From Candidatus Saccharimonadota bacterium (lineage in GTDB: Bacteria > Patescibacteriota > Gracilibacteria > UBA4473): DNA of 32,000 nt. The stretch is taken from contig JAUIFI010000001.1 in assembly GCA_030429505.1 (NCBI GenBank), positions 450,001 to 482,000 on the forward strand. The letters are read 5' to 3'. This document shows, piece by piece, positions 1 to 8,962 of the stretch. The notes below the pieces were generated by a model that saw nothing but the letters and a program-made list of their open reading frames with translations, had not been told where the DNA came from and made no database searches. The stretch's first letter is position 1. The number at the start of each line of letters is the position of its first letter. A program made the translations under genes and the position numbers.

Positions 1-1243
1 CTTCCTTCAGCACATTTTTCTCCACAAGCTGCCCAGTAACTTTTTCAACCTCCTCAATCGCTTCTGATCGTCCAACTTTTGCCAAGAAACGTCTCCCTGC
101 TGCCACAATCCCCCCTCTTGCCGCAACTCCTGCAACTGCTCCAGCTCCAAAGGTAACAAATCCACTCACAACTCCAGCTATAAAAACACCATCTCCCACA
201 GCATTTATTCCAAAATCAGCCACCTGCTTCCACAAAGCATCTCCATTATCAATTCCCTTATATAAACGATCATAGAAAAGACGCTTTCCACTTTTCCAAG
301 ATCCGAACAACATTGCCGCTTCCCAATCACTAGAACTTGCAATTGTTTCTGGAAAATCTCCAAGAGTTCCTTTTTCTCTCGCCTCATTAACATAGTGTGT
401 AGAAGCTCCTACTACATAATTACCTACAACGTTTCCATTCCCAGGAACCTTCTGAAGTACAACGCCGATCTTCTTCAGCTTCGAAACCGATCGAGCTGTT
501 TCAATTGGATATTGAGCACAAAGCCTAAGAACAGGAGTAAGATTTTCTGCCGTCTCTGAAACCAAAGTCCGAGGCGCTACCATGCGCCCAAATTTAAAAG
601 TTTTCTTAAACTTACCTTTCGCTATTTTGATAGAATCATCAATCGCTTGCATTGCAGCCGGATTTTCTCGAAGCTCATCACGCACATGATCAACATCCCC
701 TGCTATCTTCTTTCCAGTCTCAACAGTTTTTTTAGCTTTTTTTGCAACTTTAACTCCTTCTTGTGTTAGCTCCGGAAAATACATTATTTCAGGATTCTTC
801 TTAATCAAAGAGTAAAAAGGAGAACGACGAACCAAAACATCAAAAAAAGAAGAAAGTCCCCCGTATCGGAGACTTTTCCACAATACAGACCCCATAGATC
901 GAGCTTTTCTGTTTCCATGCTCATCCTCTTGAGTCCAAAATTCAATTTCACTTAAAACTCTTCCAGAAAGCTGACCATCACCCTTAATTTGCACTCGCAC
1001 ACCAGTCTTGTCCTCGATATTCTCTACAGCCTTCAAAGTTTCACGAATAGCTTTATCATCACTTGCAATTTTAAGCCCCTCATTCACAAGTTTTGAATCC
1101 ATAACTTCAACAGATTGTTCACGAGTTCTTGAGCTTCCAGTCACCGTTTCAATTAACCCTGCCAAAAATCCTTTTGTATTTTCGCTATTATCAAACAGAA
1201 TTTCATTCTGTAATTCTTGAGCTGTCTTTTGCTTTGGAGCCAT
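1..1243 (-). CDS. hypothetical protein, N-terminal >=414 codons only (ORF runs off the left edge)
   Basis: A manual frame scan finds ATG at 1243..1241 (MAPKQKTAQELQNEILFDNSEN...). No tta/cta/tca occurs in that frame down to position 2. It is missing from the ORF track only because it has no stop inside the window. The in-window end is a Gly/Ala-rich hydrophobic stretch (GVFIAGVVSGFVTFGAGAVAGVAA). No family was recognised. Confidence 0.6.
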   Translation of the reverse strand, partial: MAPKQKTAQELQNEILFDNSENTKGFLAGLIETVTGSSRTREQSVEVMDSKLVNEGLKIASDDKAIRETLKAVENIEDKTGVRVQIKGDGQLSGRVLSEIEFWTQEDEHGNRKARSMGSVLWKSLRYGGLSSFFDVLVRRSPFYSLIKKNPEIMYFPELTQEGVKVAKKAKKTVETGKKIAGDVDHVRDELRENPAAMQAIDDSIKIAKGKFKKTFKFGRMVAPRTLVSETAENLTPVLRLCAQYPIETARSVSKLKKIGVVLQKVPGNGNVVGNYVVGASTHYVNEAREKGTLGDFPETIASSSDWEAAMLFGSWKSGKRLFYDRLYKGIDNGDALWKQVADFGINAVGDGVFIAGVVSGFVTFGAGAVAGVAARGGIVAAGRRFLAKVGRSEAIEEVEKVTGQLVEKNVLKE

Positions 1244-1269
1244 GAAATAAAAAGTTACCTTATCTTTCC

Positions 1270-1298
1270 ATTATAACACAAAAACAAAAAGAACACAA
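1270..1298 (-). promoter_or_regulatory. sigma70-like promoter for the 1..1243 gene (TTGTGT-N17-TATAAT with TGT extended -10)
   Basis: On the minus strand the sequence reads ttgtgt-17 nt-tataat, about 25 nt upstream of the ATG at 1243. Confidence 0.4.
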
Positions 1299-1354
1299 GA
1301 AATATTTATTCATAAAACCATTCCTTCACTAATTCCATTTCAACACAGAAAAGC

Positions 1355-2080
1355 TTATCCCATCTCAAACGCACCAAAAACTTCATCTACATCATCTACA
1401 TCTTCAACAGACTCTACAAACTTCTCCAATTTTTCAAGTATATCCTTCTCAGCAATAATTTTAGGATCTTTAGCTCGATACTGCGGTTCTGATTTTACGA
1501 TCTCAATTCCTGCCGTTTCCAAAGCACTTCGGACCTTAGCCAAAGCAGAAAAATCTGTTATTACCTCAGACTCATCCTCTCCATATAAAAAATCATTTGC
1601 CCCCACCTCTACAACCATTTCAAAAAGCTCATCCTCAGGCTTTCCTCCATTTCTAATCAATACAATCCCCACATGGTCAAACAAAAACCGTACTGATCCA
1701 GAACTTCCAAAGTTTCCTCCATTTTTCGTAAAAGCTGTCCTCACTTCTGGTAATGTTCGATTCTGATTATCAGTTAAGGCCGTTACCAAAAAAGCAATTC
1801 CTTCAGGTCCAAAACCTTCATACACCACTTCGGAAAACTGAGATGCATTTTTATCTGCTCCAGAAAGTTTTTTTAAAATACGATCAATATTATCATTCGG
1901 CACATTATCCGCCTTGGCATTCTGTATAGCCACTCGCAATGAGGCATTTGTCTCAGGATTAGGATCCGAACGACCAACTACCGACAAAATTTTAGAATGT
2001 TTTGTCAAAACCTTCCCGCGCTTCGCATCGGTAATAGCCTTTTTGTGTCGAATCGAATGCCACTTGGAATGTCCAGACAT
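1355..2080 (-). CDS. yebC: YebC/PmpR family DNA-binding transcriptional regulator
   Basis: The 241-aa protein starts with the canonical N-terminus MSGHSKWHSIRHKKAITDAKRGKVLTK. Its length is typical of the family. Confidence 0.93.
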   Translation of the reverse strand: MSGHSKWHSIRHKKAITDAKRGKVLTKHSKILSVVGRSDPNPETNASLRVAIQNAKADNVPNDNIDRILKKLSGADKNASQFSEVVYEGFGPEGIAFLVTALTDNQNRTLPEVRTAFTKNGGNFGSSGSVRFLFDHVGIVLIRNGGKPEDELFEMVVEVGANDFLYGEDESEVITDFSALAKVRSALETAGIEIVKSEPQYRAKDPKIIAEKDILEKLEKFVESVEDVDDVDEVFGAFEMG

Positions 2081-2145
2081 AAAGAAAAAACAAAGTCAGC
2101 CGCAGTATAAAGATTATCAAAGCTCTTTCAAGACTCCAACAATTA

Positions 2146-2838
2146 TTATTTATCGACTAATAATACCTCCCCTTCTTTCAAATTTCCCAATTCAAACCGA
2201 TCAATTCGAATTCTCAACAAATCCAACACTTGCATTCCCAATGCCTCACACATTCGACGAATTTGACGTTTCCGACCTTCTTGAAGGATTATTTTAAATT
2301 TCTTCTCTGTCAGCTTGCTTACTTGACACTTACGAGTCATCTTTCCATCAATTTTAACTCCTTGAGATAATTTTCGAAGCATCAAATTTGTCAATACTTT
2401 GTCCACAGAAACAATATATTCTTTTTCATGATCAAACTTAGGATGAGTCAATTGATATGCAATGTCACCATCATTGGTCAAAAGCACCAGCCCTCGAGAA
2501 TCCTTATCCAACCTCCCCACCGGAAATACACGATCCTTCCCAAAATCAAAATCCACAAGTGTTTTTCTCCCCCGAACTCTAGCCAAAGTACATTCCACCC
2601 CTCTTGGTTTGTGAAAAAGAATGAAAATTGTAGGAGAAGAAGAAAGCTCTAATTTTTTTCCATCGAGTTCTATCAATTCATCTCCAATCACTCTTTGTCC
2701 CAAAATTGCCCTCCGCCCATTCACCTCAATACGTCCTTCTGTAATCCAAAGTTCAACCGTTCTCCGAGAAGCAATTCCTCTGGATGATAAGAATTTTTGC
2801 AAGCGAATCCCTTCTTCATTTTTAGCCTCAGACGGCAT
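2146..2838 (-). CDS. RsuA/RluB-family rRNA pseudouridine synthase with N-terminal S4 domain
   Basis: An S4 motif is present (IRLQKFLSSRGIASRRTVELWITEGRIEVNG). The catalytic region reads HKPRGVECT...PVGRLDKDSRGLVLLTNDG. The start was placed at the internal ATG 2838 (MPSEAKNEEG); the track ORF extends to 2868. Either start overlaps the 3' end of the upstream gene. Confidence 0.88.
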   Translation of the reverse strand: MPSEAKNEEGIRLQKFLSSRGIASRRTVELWITEGRIEVNGRRAILGQRVIGDELIELDGKKLELSSSPTIFILFHKPRGVECTLARVRGRKTLVDFDFGKDRVFPVGRLDKDSRGLVLLTNDGDIAYQLTHPKFDHEKEYIVSVDKVLTNLMLRKLSQGVKIDGKMTRKCQVSKLTEKKFKIILQEGRKRQIRRMCEALGMQVLDLLRIRIDRFELGNLKEGEVLLVDK

Positions 2839-4078
2839 CTTTCCAAGAACGAAAGTACGAAAAAGCAATCAAAATCCCAAACAAAACCACAAAAAACACT
2901 GCCCAAGTAGATATTCCTGTGCTAGGAAGTATATAAGTAGAAAAAGTCATAATTTCACCTTCAACTTCATTACCAGAACCATCAATAACATCAATCCTTA
3001 CTTCATAATGACTATTCATATCAACTTCCATCTCCAACGCATCCAAACTTGGTCCCAAAGAATAACCACTATCCCATACATCTCCTTTTTTTCGTGTGTA
3101 CAGAACCTGATCTTGAATTCCTTGTCCAAAAGAATCTAGAACCCAATCAAGTTTCACAATCTGTTCATCATCAAGATGAGATAAATCAACCGCCACTCCC
3201 AAAGAATCTCCACTCATAGAGTTCTGAGAAGCTGACAAAAGAAAATCTTCATTTTCTTCCAACGCAGAGCCTACAGATTCTTCTACTTCAACAGAAGTCT
3301 CCAAAAACGATTCCACTTCAGGTTCCAAAGAAGACTCTCTCACCATATCTTCATTTTCTAATACATCAAAATCACTTCGAGCCTGAAATGATGCATGATC
3401 GGTAATCCCAGATGAAACAGGATTACCTTCTAAATCCTGTACAACTGACGTAGCCACCACCTCATACATTTTTTGTGGAAGTAAAGCTCCTTTCTGAATT
3501 ACTAAAATCACATCAAGATCCTCATTGCGAAAATCTTGAATATAAATCTCTCGAAAAGAATCTCCTTCTTCAATAACAAACGCTCTATTTGGATCATCAA
3601 AAACAACTGGTTCAGAAAACCTTACCCTCACCTCTGTTGGAGAAATGTGAGATGCTTTCAGTACCTTTGGAAATTGATCTTCTCCCACACTCTGCTCTAG
3701 AGCACCTGAAACAGGTGTTACCATCACCTCTTCAGAATATGCATCGGACTCTATTCCTTGGTCATTAATAGCTTTTACAGATACATAATAAGGAATATTA
3801 TTCAACAAATTTTTAACCTCAGCAGAAGTAAGACTTCCTTCTACCTGAAACTGATTATCATAAAAACTACTTCCGTTCCTTACAGACGTTGTTCCATAAT
3901 AAACAGTATAACCCAAAACATTTTGGCGCACAGGCTGCCACTCAGCTATAAATGAAGTATCACCTGGACTCACCCGAAGACCAGTAACCTGTGAAGGAGG
4001 GTCAGTAAAAGCAAATCCCTCTAAAACAAAACCACTAACAACCAGAAAGAAAGCGAAGAAAGAGAATATTTTTTTCAT
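2828..4078 (-). CDS. secreted surface protein: signal peptide, FN3-like, Ig-like, acidic linker, FN3-like, LPSTG sorting signal
   Basis: The signal peptide is MKKIFSFFAFFLVVSGFVLEGFA. FN3-type motifs are present (GLRVSPGDTSFIAEWQP, GYTVYYG, YYVSVKAINDQG). The C-terminus is LPSTG (nt 2915..2929), then a hydrophobic helix, then RSWKDAV. It is a paralogue of the next gene. Confidence 0.8.
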   Translation of the reverse strand: MKKIFSFFAFFLVVSGFVLEGFAFTDPPSQVTGLRVSPGDTSFIAEWQPVRQNVLGYTVYYGTTSVRNGSSFYDNQFQVEGSLTSAEVKNLLNNIPYYVSVKAINDQGIESDAYSEEVMVTPVSGALEQSVGEDQFPKVLKASHISPTEVRVRFSEPVVFDDPNRAFVIEEGDSFREIYIQDFRNEDLDVILVIQKGALLPQKMYEVVATSVVQDLEGNPVSSGITDHASFQARSDFDVLENEDMVRESSLEPEVESFLETSVEVEESVGSALEENEDFLLSASQNSMSGDSLGVAVDLSHLDDEQIVKLDWVLDSFGQGIQDQVLYTRKKGDVWDSGYSLGPSLDALEMEVDMNSHYEVRIDVIDGSGNEVEGEIMTFSTYILPSTGISTWAVFFVVLFGILIAFSYFRSWKDAV

Positions 4079-4108
4079 GATCGAAAAAAGATAAGAAAAG
4101 AAGTAAAA

Positions 4109-5365
4109 TCAATAAACATGTCTTCTTTTATAAAAAATACCCAAGAAAAAGAGGGCAATAAGCGCTAAACTCACCCAAATAACCCCCGGTCCTGTCTGAG
4201 TTAAAGCAGTAGAAAAAGGAAGCTCTATACCTCGAGACCGATTACCAGCTTTATCTACTGTTACCAAACGCACTTCATAATTCTGCTCGGGATCTATTTC
4301 GATTTCAATAGTATCAACCCCTTTACCTAAAGAATATCCATCATCCCATACTCCCAAACCTTGTCGAGTAAAAAGAACTTGATCAATGATATCTTCATCA
4401 ACATCAAATGCGGGATCCCACGTCAAAACCCCAAAACCTTCTGAACGAAACGGAGACAAATCGATAGCCAAATTCGTAGCATCTCCCGGAGGTGTCGTAT
4501 CTTTTTCTCGAGACGCAGAAGCATATAAAAGCTCTGAAACTTCTTCCTCTTCTCGCTCTTGTTTTATATCTTCCGGCAATTCCGGACCAAATTCAATGTC
4601 ATTTTCTACAACCTGAGAAGGCTCTTCTTTCACAGAAACTTCCTCTGAAGCACCAGAAATATCTTTCGCTACAAATTCTACCATACTCGATTCATCAGTA
4701 GACAAAACCACCCCACCCTTGCTTTCCAAAGAAGAAGGAACAAAGCGATATACTTTCCCCGGAAAAAGAGCTTGTTCATCAAACATAAGAGAAAGTGTGT
4801 TACCAACCACAGTTACCTCACGTACTGGCACTTCCAATAAAGATTCCTTCTCTTCTAACACAAAAGAATCGTTTCCATTTTTAAGAACCACATCATCAGA
4901 AAAAGTTACTCGAACTTCTTGATCAGAAATTTGACGTATCTCCTGAACCTGGAAAGTCTCTTGAACACCAACTCCAGGAGTCGCTGTTACCTCAACAGAA
5001 TAACTCTCTGACTCCCCTTCTTCATCATCAATAGCCGTCATTGCAAAATAATAAGGCACGCCATTTTCCAAATTACTAACCGTATAAAAAGTCTCCGTAC
5101 TTCCAGTCAATACATCATCATCATACGAGTCAGTCTCAAGTTGAACAGAATTCGTCCCATAATAAACACGATATTGTGTCACAATTCCACCATCACTATC
5201 CAATGTTTCATCCCAACGCAACTCAACCTTACCATCACCCGGGATAGCCTGAACGTTTTGCACTTGATAAGGAGGTTGGGGAAAATGTTGCTGAGCAAAA
5301 ACCGCCCCAATAATAAACAAATTTAAACATCCAAAGAACGAAAATCGAGACCAAAGAGAATTCAT
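4109..5365 (-). CDS. secreted surface protein, paralogue of 2828..4078, ending in an LTQTG variant sorting signal
   Basis: The start was moved to ATG 5365 (MNSLWSRFSFFGCLNLFIIGAVFAQQ, a signal peptide); the track start at 5461 adds 32 implausible residues. The FN3 / Ig-like / acidic linker / FN3 layout matches the neighbour. The C-terminus is LTQTG (nt 4190..4204), then a TM helix, then KRRHVY. Confidence 0.78.
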   Translation of the reverse strand: MNSLWSRFSFFGCLNLFIIGAVFAQQHFPQPPYQVQNVQAIPGDGKVELRWDETLDSDGGIVTQYRVYYGTNSVQLETDSYDDDVLTGSTETFYTVSNLENGVPYYFAMTAIDDEEGESESYSVEVTATPGVGVQETFQVQEIRQISDQEVRVTFSDDVVLKNGNDSFVLEEKESLLEVPVREVTVVGNTLSLMFDEQALFPGKVYRFVPSSLESKGGVVLSTDESSMVEFVAKDISGASEEVSVKEEPSQVVENDIEFGPELPEDIKQEREEEEVSELLYASASREKDTTPPGDATNLAIDLSPFRSEGFGVLTWDPAFDVDEDIIDQVLFTRQGLGVWDDGYSLGKGVDTIEIEIDPEQNYEVRLVTVDKAGNRSRGIELPFSTALTQTGPGVIWVSLALIALFFLGIFYKRRHVY

Positions 5366-5464
5366 GTTTTTTTTCCCATTATGACAAAGCCAAAAGAAAA
5401 AATCTAATTTTCCATCACTATGGTAAAGAAAAAAAGAAAGGAAAACAAAAAAATTATTCAATAA

Positions 5465-7852
5465 CTACTTCCCAAACACCTGAACAATATATACCTCACC
5501 TTTATTATTCTTCTGCATTCCAATTCCTACATGTTTCCATTTTCTCGTTAAAATATTCTTACGATGTGCTAGAGAGTTCTCAAGTCCCAGTAAAGCTTGT
5601 TTAAAATCCGAACCAAAACTCAAATTCTCACCAAACTCTCCTACCAAATTCATCTCTTCCAATCGAGAACGAAAAGTCTGCCCAGTAACACTAGTATGAG
5701 AAATAAAATTGTTTCGAGCCATTTCTTCTGCATACCTTTGAGCTACGATGTCTAAGTCTTTATCTGAGAATACAGGAGAAAGACCATGTCGCTCTCGCAA
5801 TACATTAATCCAATAACGAACACCAGACACCGATTCATGACGAGCCAACGTCTGAACCCAAGTCCCTACTGGCAAAACCTGATTTTTCGAAAAATACAAA
5901 GCCCGCTTAAAAAGTGTATCCTTCTCCTTATCCAAAAGTTGAACTACATACGTTCCAAAATCAGCAGGCTCAAACGAAAAAGAAAAATGCCCTCCTCCAT
6001 GTTGAATAAGAGAAAATTCATCAACCAAACCATCTGGCTTTTGCAAGAAAACAGTATCCTCCAAAACGATGGTATTATCTAAAATTTTCCCCTCTAACCG
6101 CACCTCATTTAGATCACGCAAAAAACGAGGGAAATCAAATACTGCTATATCTCGACTTTCGAAATCAGGAAACCCAGGAACCAAAATAAAATTCTCAAAT
6201 CCCCCCTTCTCCCACCCACTCATTTGATTTTGCAATGTACCATCTTCCGACAAAGCCTGATAAATATCCAAAGCAAGAGTTTTATCATACTCAAACCCAT
6301 CAAAGAAATTATAAGGCAAAGTTATTGTATCGAGATTATCTTCAATATAGAGAACCTTTTGGTTTTGCCCTTGAGAAAAAGTAATTTTTGTTACATGAGA
6401 CTCTTTCAAAGAAGATGTCCAATCAAAGCTCACTTCTTCATCCTCAGGAATAACTCGCACATCCAACTCTACCTCTACCATCGCTTCCAAATCAGGAAAG
6501 AAACGCTTCTTCGTGTTTGAAACAACCTGAATCTCCCCAACCCTTGACCGCCTTTGATCATCAAAAATCAAACCTGCTTTATACGTTCCAGGATCGAGAA
6601 ACATCACCGGAAAAGAGAAATTTTTTCCAGAAATTTTCCCAGAAAAATGAATCTGCTCAAAAGGAGCTGTTTCATCCTGAACTTTTTCTAAAAAGAAAAT
6701 AGCATCACGATATCCATGATCCAAAGCTGTCCCAGCCAACAAGAAAACAGTCCCCTGTTTTATCTTTTGAGGGAGAGAACGCCTTAAATCTGCATGAGGA
6801 AAGAAATCAACAGGTAAATGAGAGATCGATTCATCAAAAAGAGGCTTTGTAACCAAAGAAACACCTTCTTCCATGTGTTCAGCCACAATCTCTGGAATCG
6901 GCAAAGATCTTCCTTGAGCAGAAAGCTTTGGACGAACTTGTTCCGGAATAGAAGGTGTTTCACGCAAAGGACCAGATACCATCTCAAATTCCACACCAAT
7001 AACTCCCCGAGACAAAGGAGACAGAAGTTCAAATGCCTTTTTCGACAAATCAAGCACCCTCTCTTCATGATAAGGACCTCTATCATTCACCCGAACTATC
7101 ACAGATTTATCTCCATGATATACCCTTAAATAAGTACCAAAAGGCAAAGTTCTATGAGCTGCTGTCAAATCCTCTGGATCATATAGCTCCCCATTCGCAG
7201 TTCCATTGCCAGATAAAGAATCATGATAATAACTTGCCTCTCCAGCTCCACGGAATCTATAGGGTTCTTTAAACCAACCCTCTTTCACCTTCAACGCACG
7301 ATAAGTAAGTTCGGCAGCATCCCCCCGAACAATAACCTCCGCCGGATCCACCATTTCGTCTGGCAAAATATTAAACTCTTCCGCTGCCATAAAGAAGCGA
7401 TCGTACCATTCTTCACCTGATTTTTCTTCTTCTACCGGAATATCAAAAAAGAACACCAACATCTTCACAAATTCAGCCCACGACACATTCCGTGACGGAT
7501 AAAAATTTCCATCAGGAAAACCTTCAATATACCCCAAAGAATGAGCCGTTGTCAGGTAATTCTTATACCAAGCATCAGAAGGAACATCCGGAAAAGAAAG
7601 AGCATGATCTTGACGCAAAGGAGTTTTAGAACTTAAGGTTAAAATCTTCAACACTTCAGACCTAAAAATAGGACGAATAGCACCAAAAAATCGAGAATCA
7701 TCTTTCTCAAAACCCTGAACAACACCTTGGGACTCCAAAAAATCAATCGCATAAAAATTAGGATGCGTTACGTCAATATCAACAAACCGTGCTTGAACAG
7801 AAGTCCAAAAGCCTAACAAAAACACCAGAAATAAAGAAAATCGAATATTCAT
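5465..7852 (-). CDS. secreted multidomain wall-associated protein: SLH-like repeats + RlpA-like DPBB + unknown 380-aa region + CAP/SCP(PR-1, YkwD-like) domain
   Basis: A signal peptide is present (MNIRFSLFLVFLLGFWTSVQA). SLH-like repeats include FPDVPSDAWYKNYLTTAHSLGYIEGFPDGNFYPSRNVSWAEFVKML. The RlpA double-psi beta-barrel reads GEASYYHDSLSGNGTANGELYDPEDLTAAHRTLPFGTYLRVYHGDKSVIVRVNDRGPY...VLDLS. The C-terminal CAP domain reads AQRYAEEMARNNFISH...GENLSFG...LENSLAHRKNIL...VGIG...YIVQVFG. The ATG at 7852..7850 overlaps the ndk TGA (ATGA). Confidence 0.8.
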   Translation of the reverse strand: MNIRFSLFLVFLLGFWTSVQARFVDIDVTHPNFYAIDFLESQGVVQGFEKDDSRFFGAIRPIFRSEVLKILTLSSKTPLRQDHALSFPDVPSDAWYKNYLTTAHSLGYIEGFPDGNFYPSRNVSWAEFVKMLVFFFDIPVEEEKSGEEWYDRFFMAAEEFNILPDEMVDPAEVIVRGDAAELTYRALKVKEGWFKEPYRFRGAGEASYYHDSLSGNGTANGELYDPEDLTAAHRTLPFGTYLRVYHGDKSVIVRVNDRGPYHEERVLDLSKKAFELLSPLSRGVIGVEFEMVSGPLRETPSIPEQVRPKLSAQGRSLPIPEIVAEHMEEGVSLVTKPLFDESISHLPVDFFPHADLRRSLPQKIKQGTVFLLAGTALDHGYRDAIFFLEKVQDETAPFEQIHFSGKISGKNFSFPVMFLDPGTYKAGLIFDDQRRSRVGEIQVVSNTKKRFFPDLEAMVEVELDVRVIPEDEEVSFDWTSSLKESHVTKITFSQGQNQKVLYIEDNLDTITLPYNFFDGFEYDKTLALDIYQALSEDGTLQNQMSGWEKGGFENFILVPGFPDFESRDIAVFDFPRFLRDLNEVRLEGKILDNTIVLEDTVFLQKPDGLVDEFSLIQHGGGHFSFSFEPADFGTYVVQLLDKEKDTLFKRALYFSKNQVLPVGTWVQTLARHESVSGVRYWINVLRERHGLSPVFSDKDLDIVAQRYAEEMARNNFISHTSVTGQTFRSRLEEMNLVGEFGENLSFGSDFKQALLGLENSLAHRKNILTRKWKHVGIGMQKNNKGEVYIVQVFGK

Positions 7853-8301
7853 TCATCAAACTCAGAAAACACATGTTTCCATTCGTCTTTCTTATAGTCA
7901 AAAATCTCATTCATCTGAAAAAAAAGTTGAATTTCTTTCTTAGCAGTTTCAGCAGAATCAGAAGAATGAATAATATTCTGAGGAACTCCAGAGGAAAAGT
8001 CTCCCCGTATAGACCCTAAATCATCGGCAGAAGTTCCAGCGATTTTTCGAACCATTTCTACAGCCCCAGGTCCTTCTAAAACAAAAACCACCACTGGACT
8101 TGATCTCATAAATTCAGACAACTCTGAAAAAAAATGCTTATCAACATGATGAGCATAATGCTCTCGCAATAAAGCTTCATCAAAACGCATCATTTTCATA
8201 GCAACAATCTTAATCCCTTTACGCTCAAAACGGCGAATAATCTCACCGACTAAGCCTCTCTGCAAAGCATCAGGCTTGGAAATAACCAATGTGCGTTCCA
8301 T
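7849..8301 (-). CDS. ndk: nucleoside-diphosphate kinase
   Basis: The 150-aa protein begins MERTLVISKPDALQRGLVGEIIRRFERKGIKIVAMKMM and contains NIIHSSDS (the active-site His region). Confidence 0.93.
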   Translation of the reverse strand: MERTLVISKPDALQRGLVGEIIRRFERKGIKIVAMKMMRFDEALLREHYAHHVDKHFFSELSEFMRSSPVVVFVLEGPGAVEMVRKIAGTSADDLGSIRGDFSSGVPQNIIHSSDSAETAKKEIQLFFQMNEIFDYKKDEWKHVFSEFDE

Positions 8302-8344
8302 AAAAAATAAATATCAAAAATACACGAAATAGTGAAATTTTTTT

Positions 8345-8782
8345 TTAAAAAGGAAGATCCTCAGCAGACAATTCTCTCTCCGAAGAAGATTCATCTATAT
8401 CTGAAAAATCAGAGTCACCAGTCTCATCAGACGAAAAACTTTTTCCATCCCCTTTTGGAGAAAGGATAATCATATCCTGAGCAACAATCTCCGTTCGAAA
8501 ATGCTTCACTCCTGCATCATCTTCCCAATTTCGAGTTTGCAATCGTCCAGAAAAGTAAACTTTCGACCCCTTTTTCAGATATTGACTCACGATTTCTGCT
8601 AACTTCCCCCAGCACACAACATTATGATATTCAGCCTCATCATGACGACTACCATTAGAATCAGTCCAGTTACGATTCGTCGCCACTCCAACAGTTGTTA
8701 CCATTTGGTTGTTTTTGGTAGTCTTGAGCTCCGGATCACGCGTTAGATTACCAATAATCTCAGCCCTATTCAATGAATTCAT
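8345..8782 (-). CDS. ssb: single-stranded DNA-binding protein
   Basis: An OB-fold N-terminus is present (MNSLNRAEIIGNLTRDPELK...). The acidic tail ends in DLPF. The start was set at ATG 8782; the track start at 8806 adds 8 residues. Confidence 0.9.
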   Translation of the reverse strand: MNSLNRAEIIGNLTRDPELKTTKNNQMVTTVGVATNRNWTDSNGSRHDEAEYHNVVCWGKLAEIVSQYLKKGSKVYFSGRLQTRNWEDDAGVKHFRTEIVAQDMIILSPKGDGKSFSSDETGDSDFSDIDESSSERELSAEDLPF

Positions 8783-8962
8783 CAGTATGTAATTAAAAAA
8801 ACACACACAAATTCTAGAATAAAAATCAGACTGCGCAACCTTTTTTTAAGAAGAAAATTTAACAATAAATTCCTCAAAAACAACCGTAGAACAAACCTTT
8901 TTCAGACAAAACACACAAAACTAGAGTTCATTATACTTATTAATTTATTTTTAATCCTAAAG

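Noticed and set aside
2621-3139. A 172-aa plus-strand ORF spans the rluB-like / FN3-protein junction. Other plus-strand ORFs lie between 1914 and 8019.
   Set aside because: All are antisense to well-supported minus-strand genes. Their translations are low-complexity Ser/Ile/Asn/Phe-rich sequences without signals.
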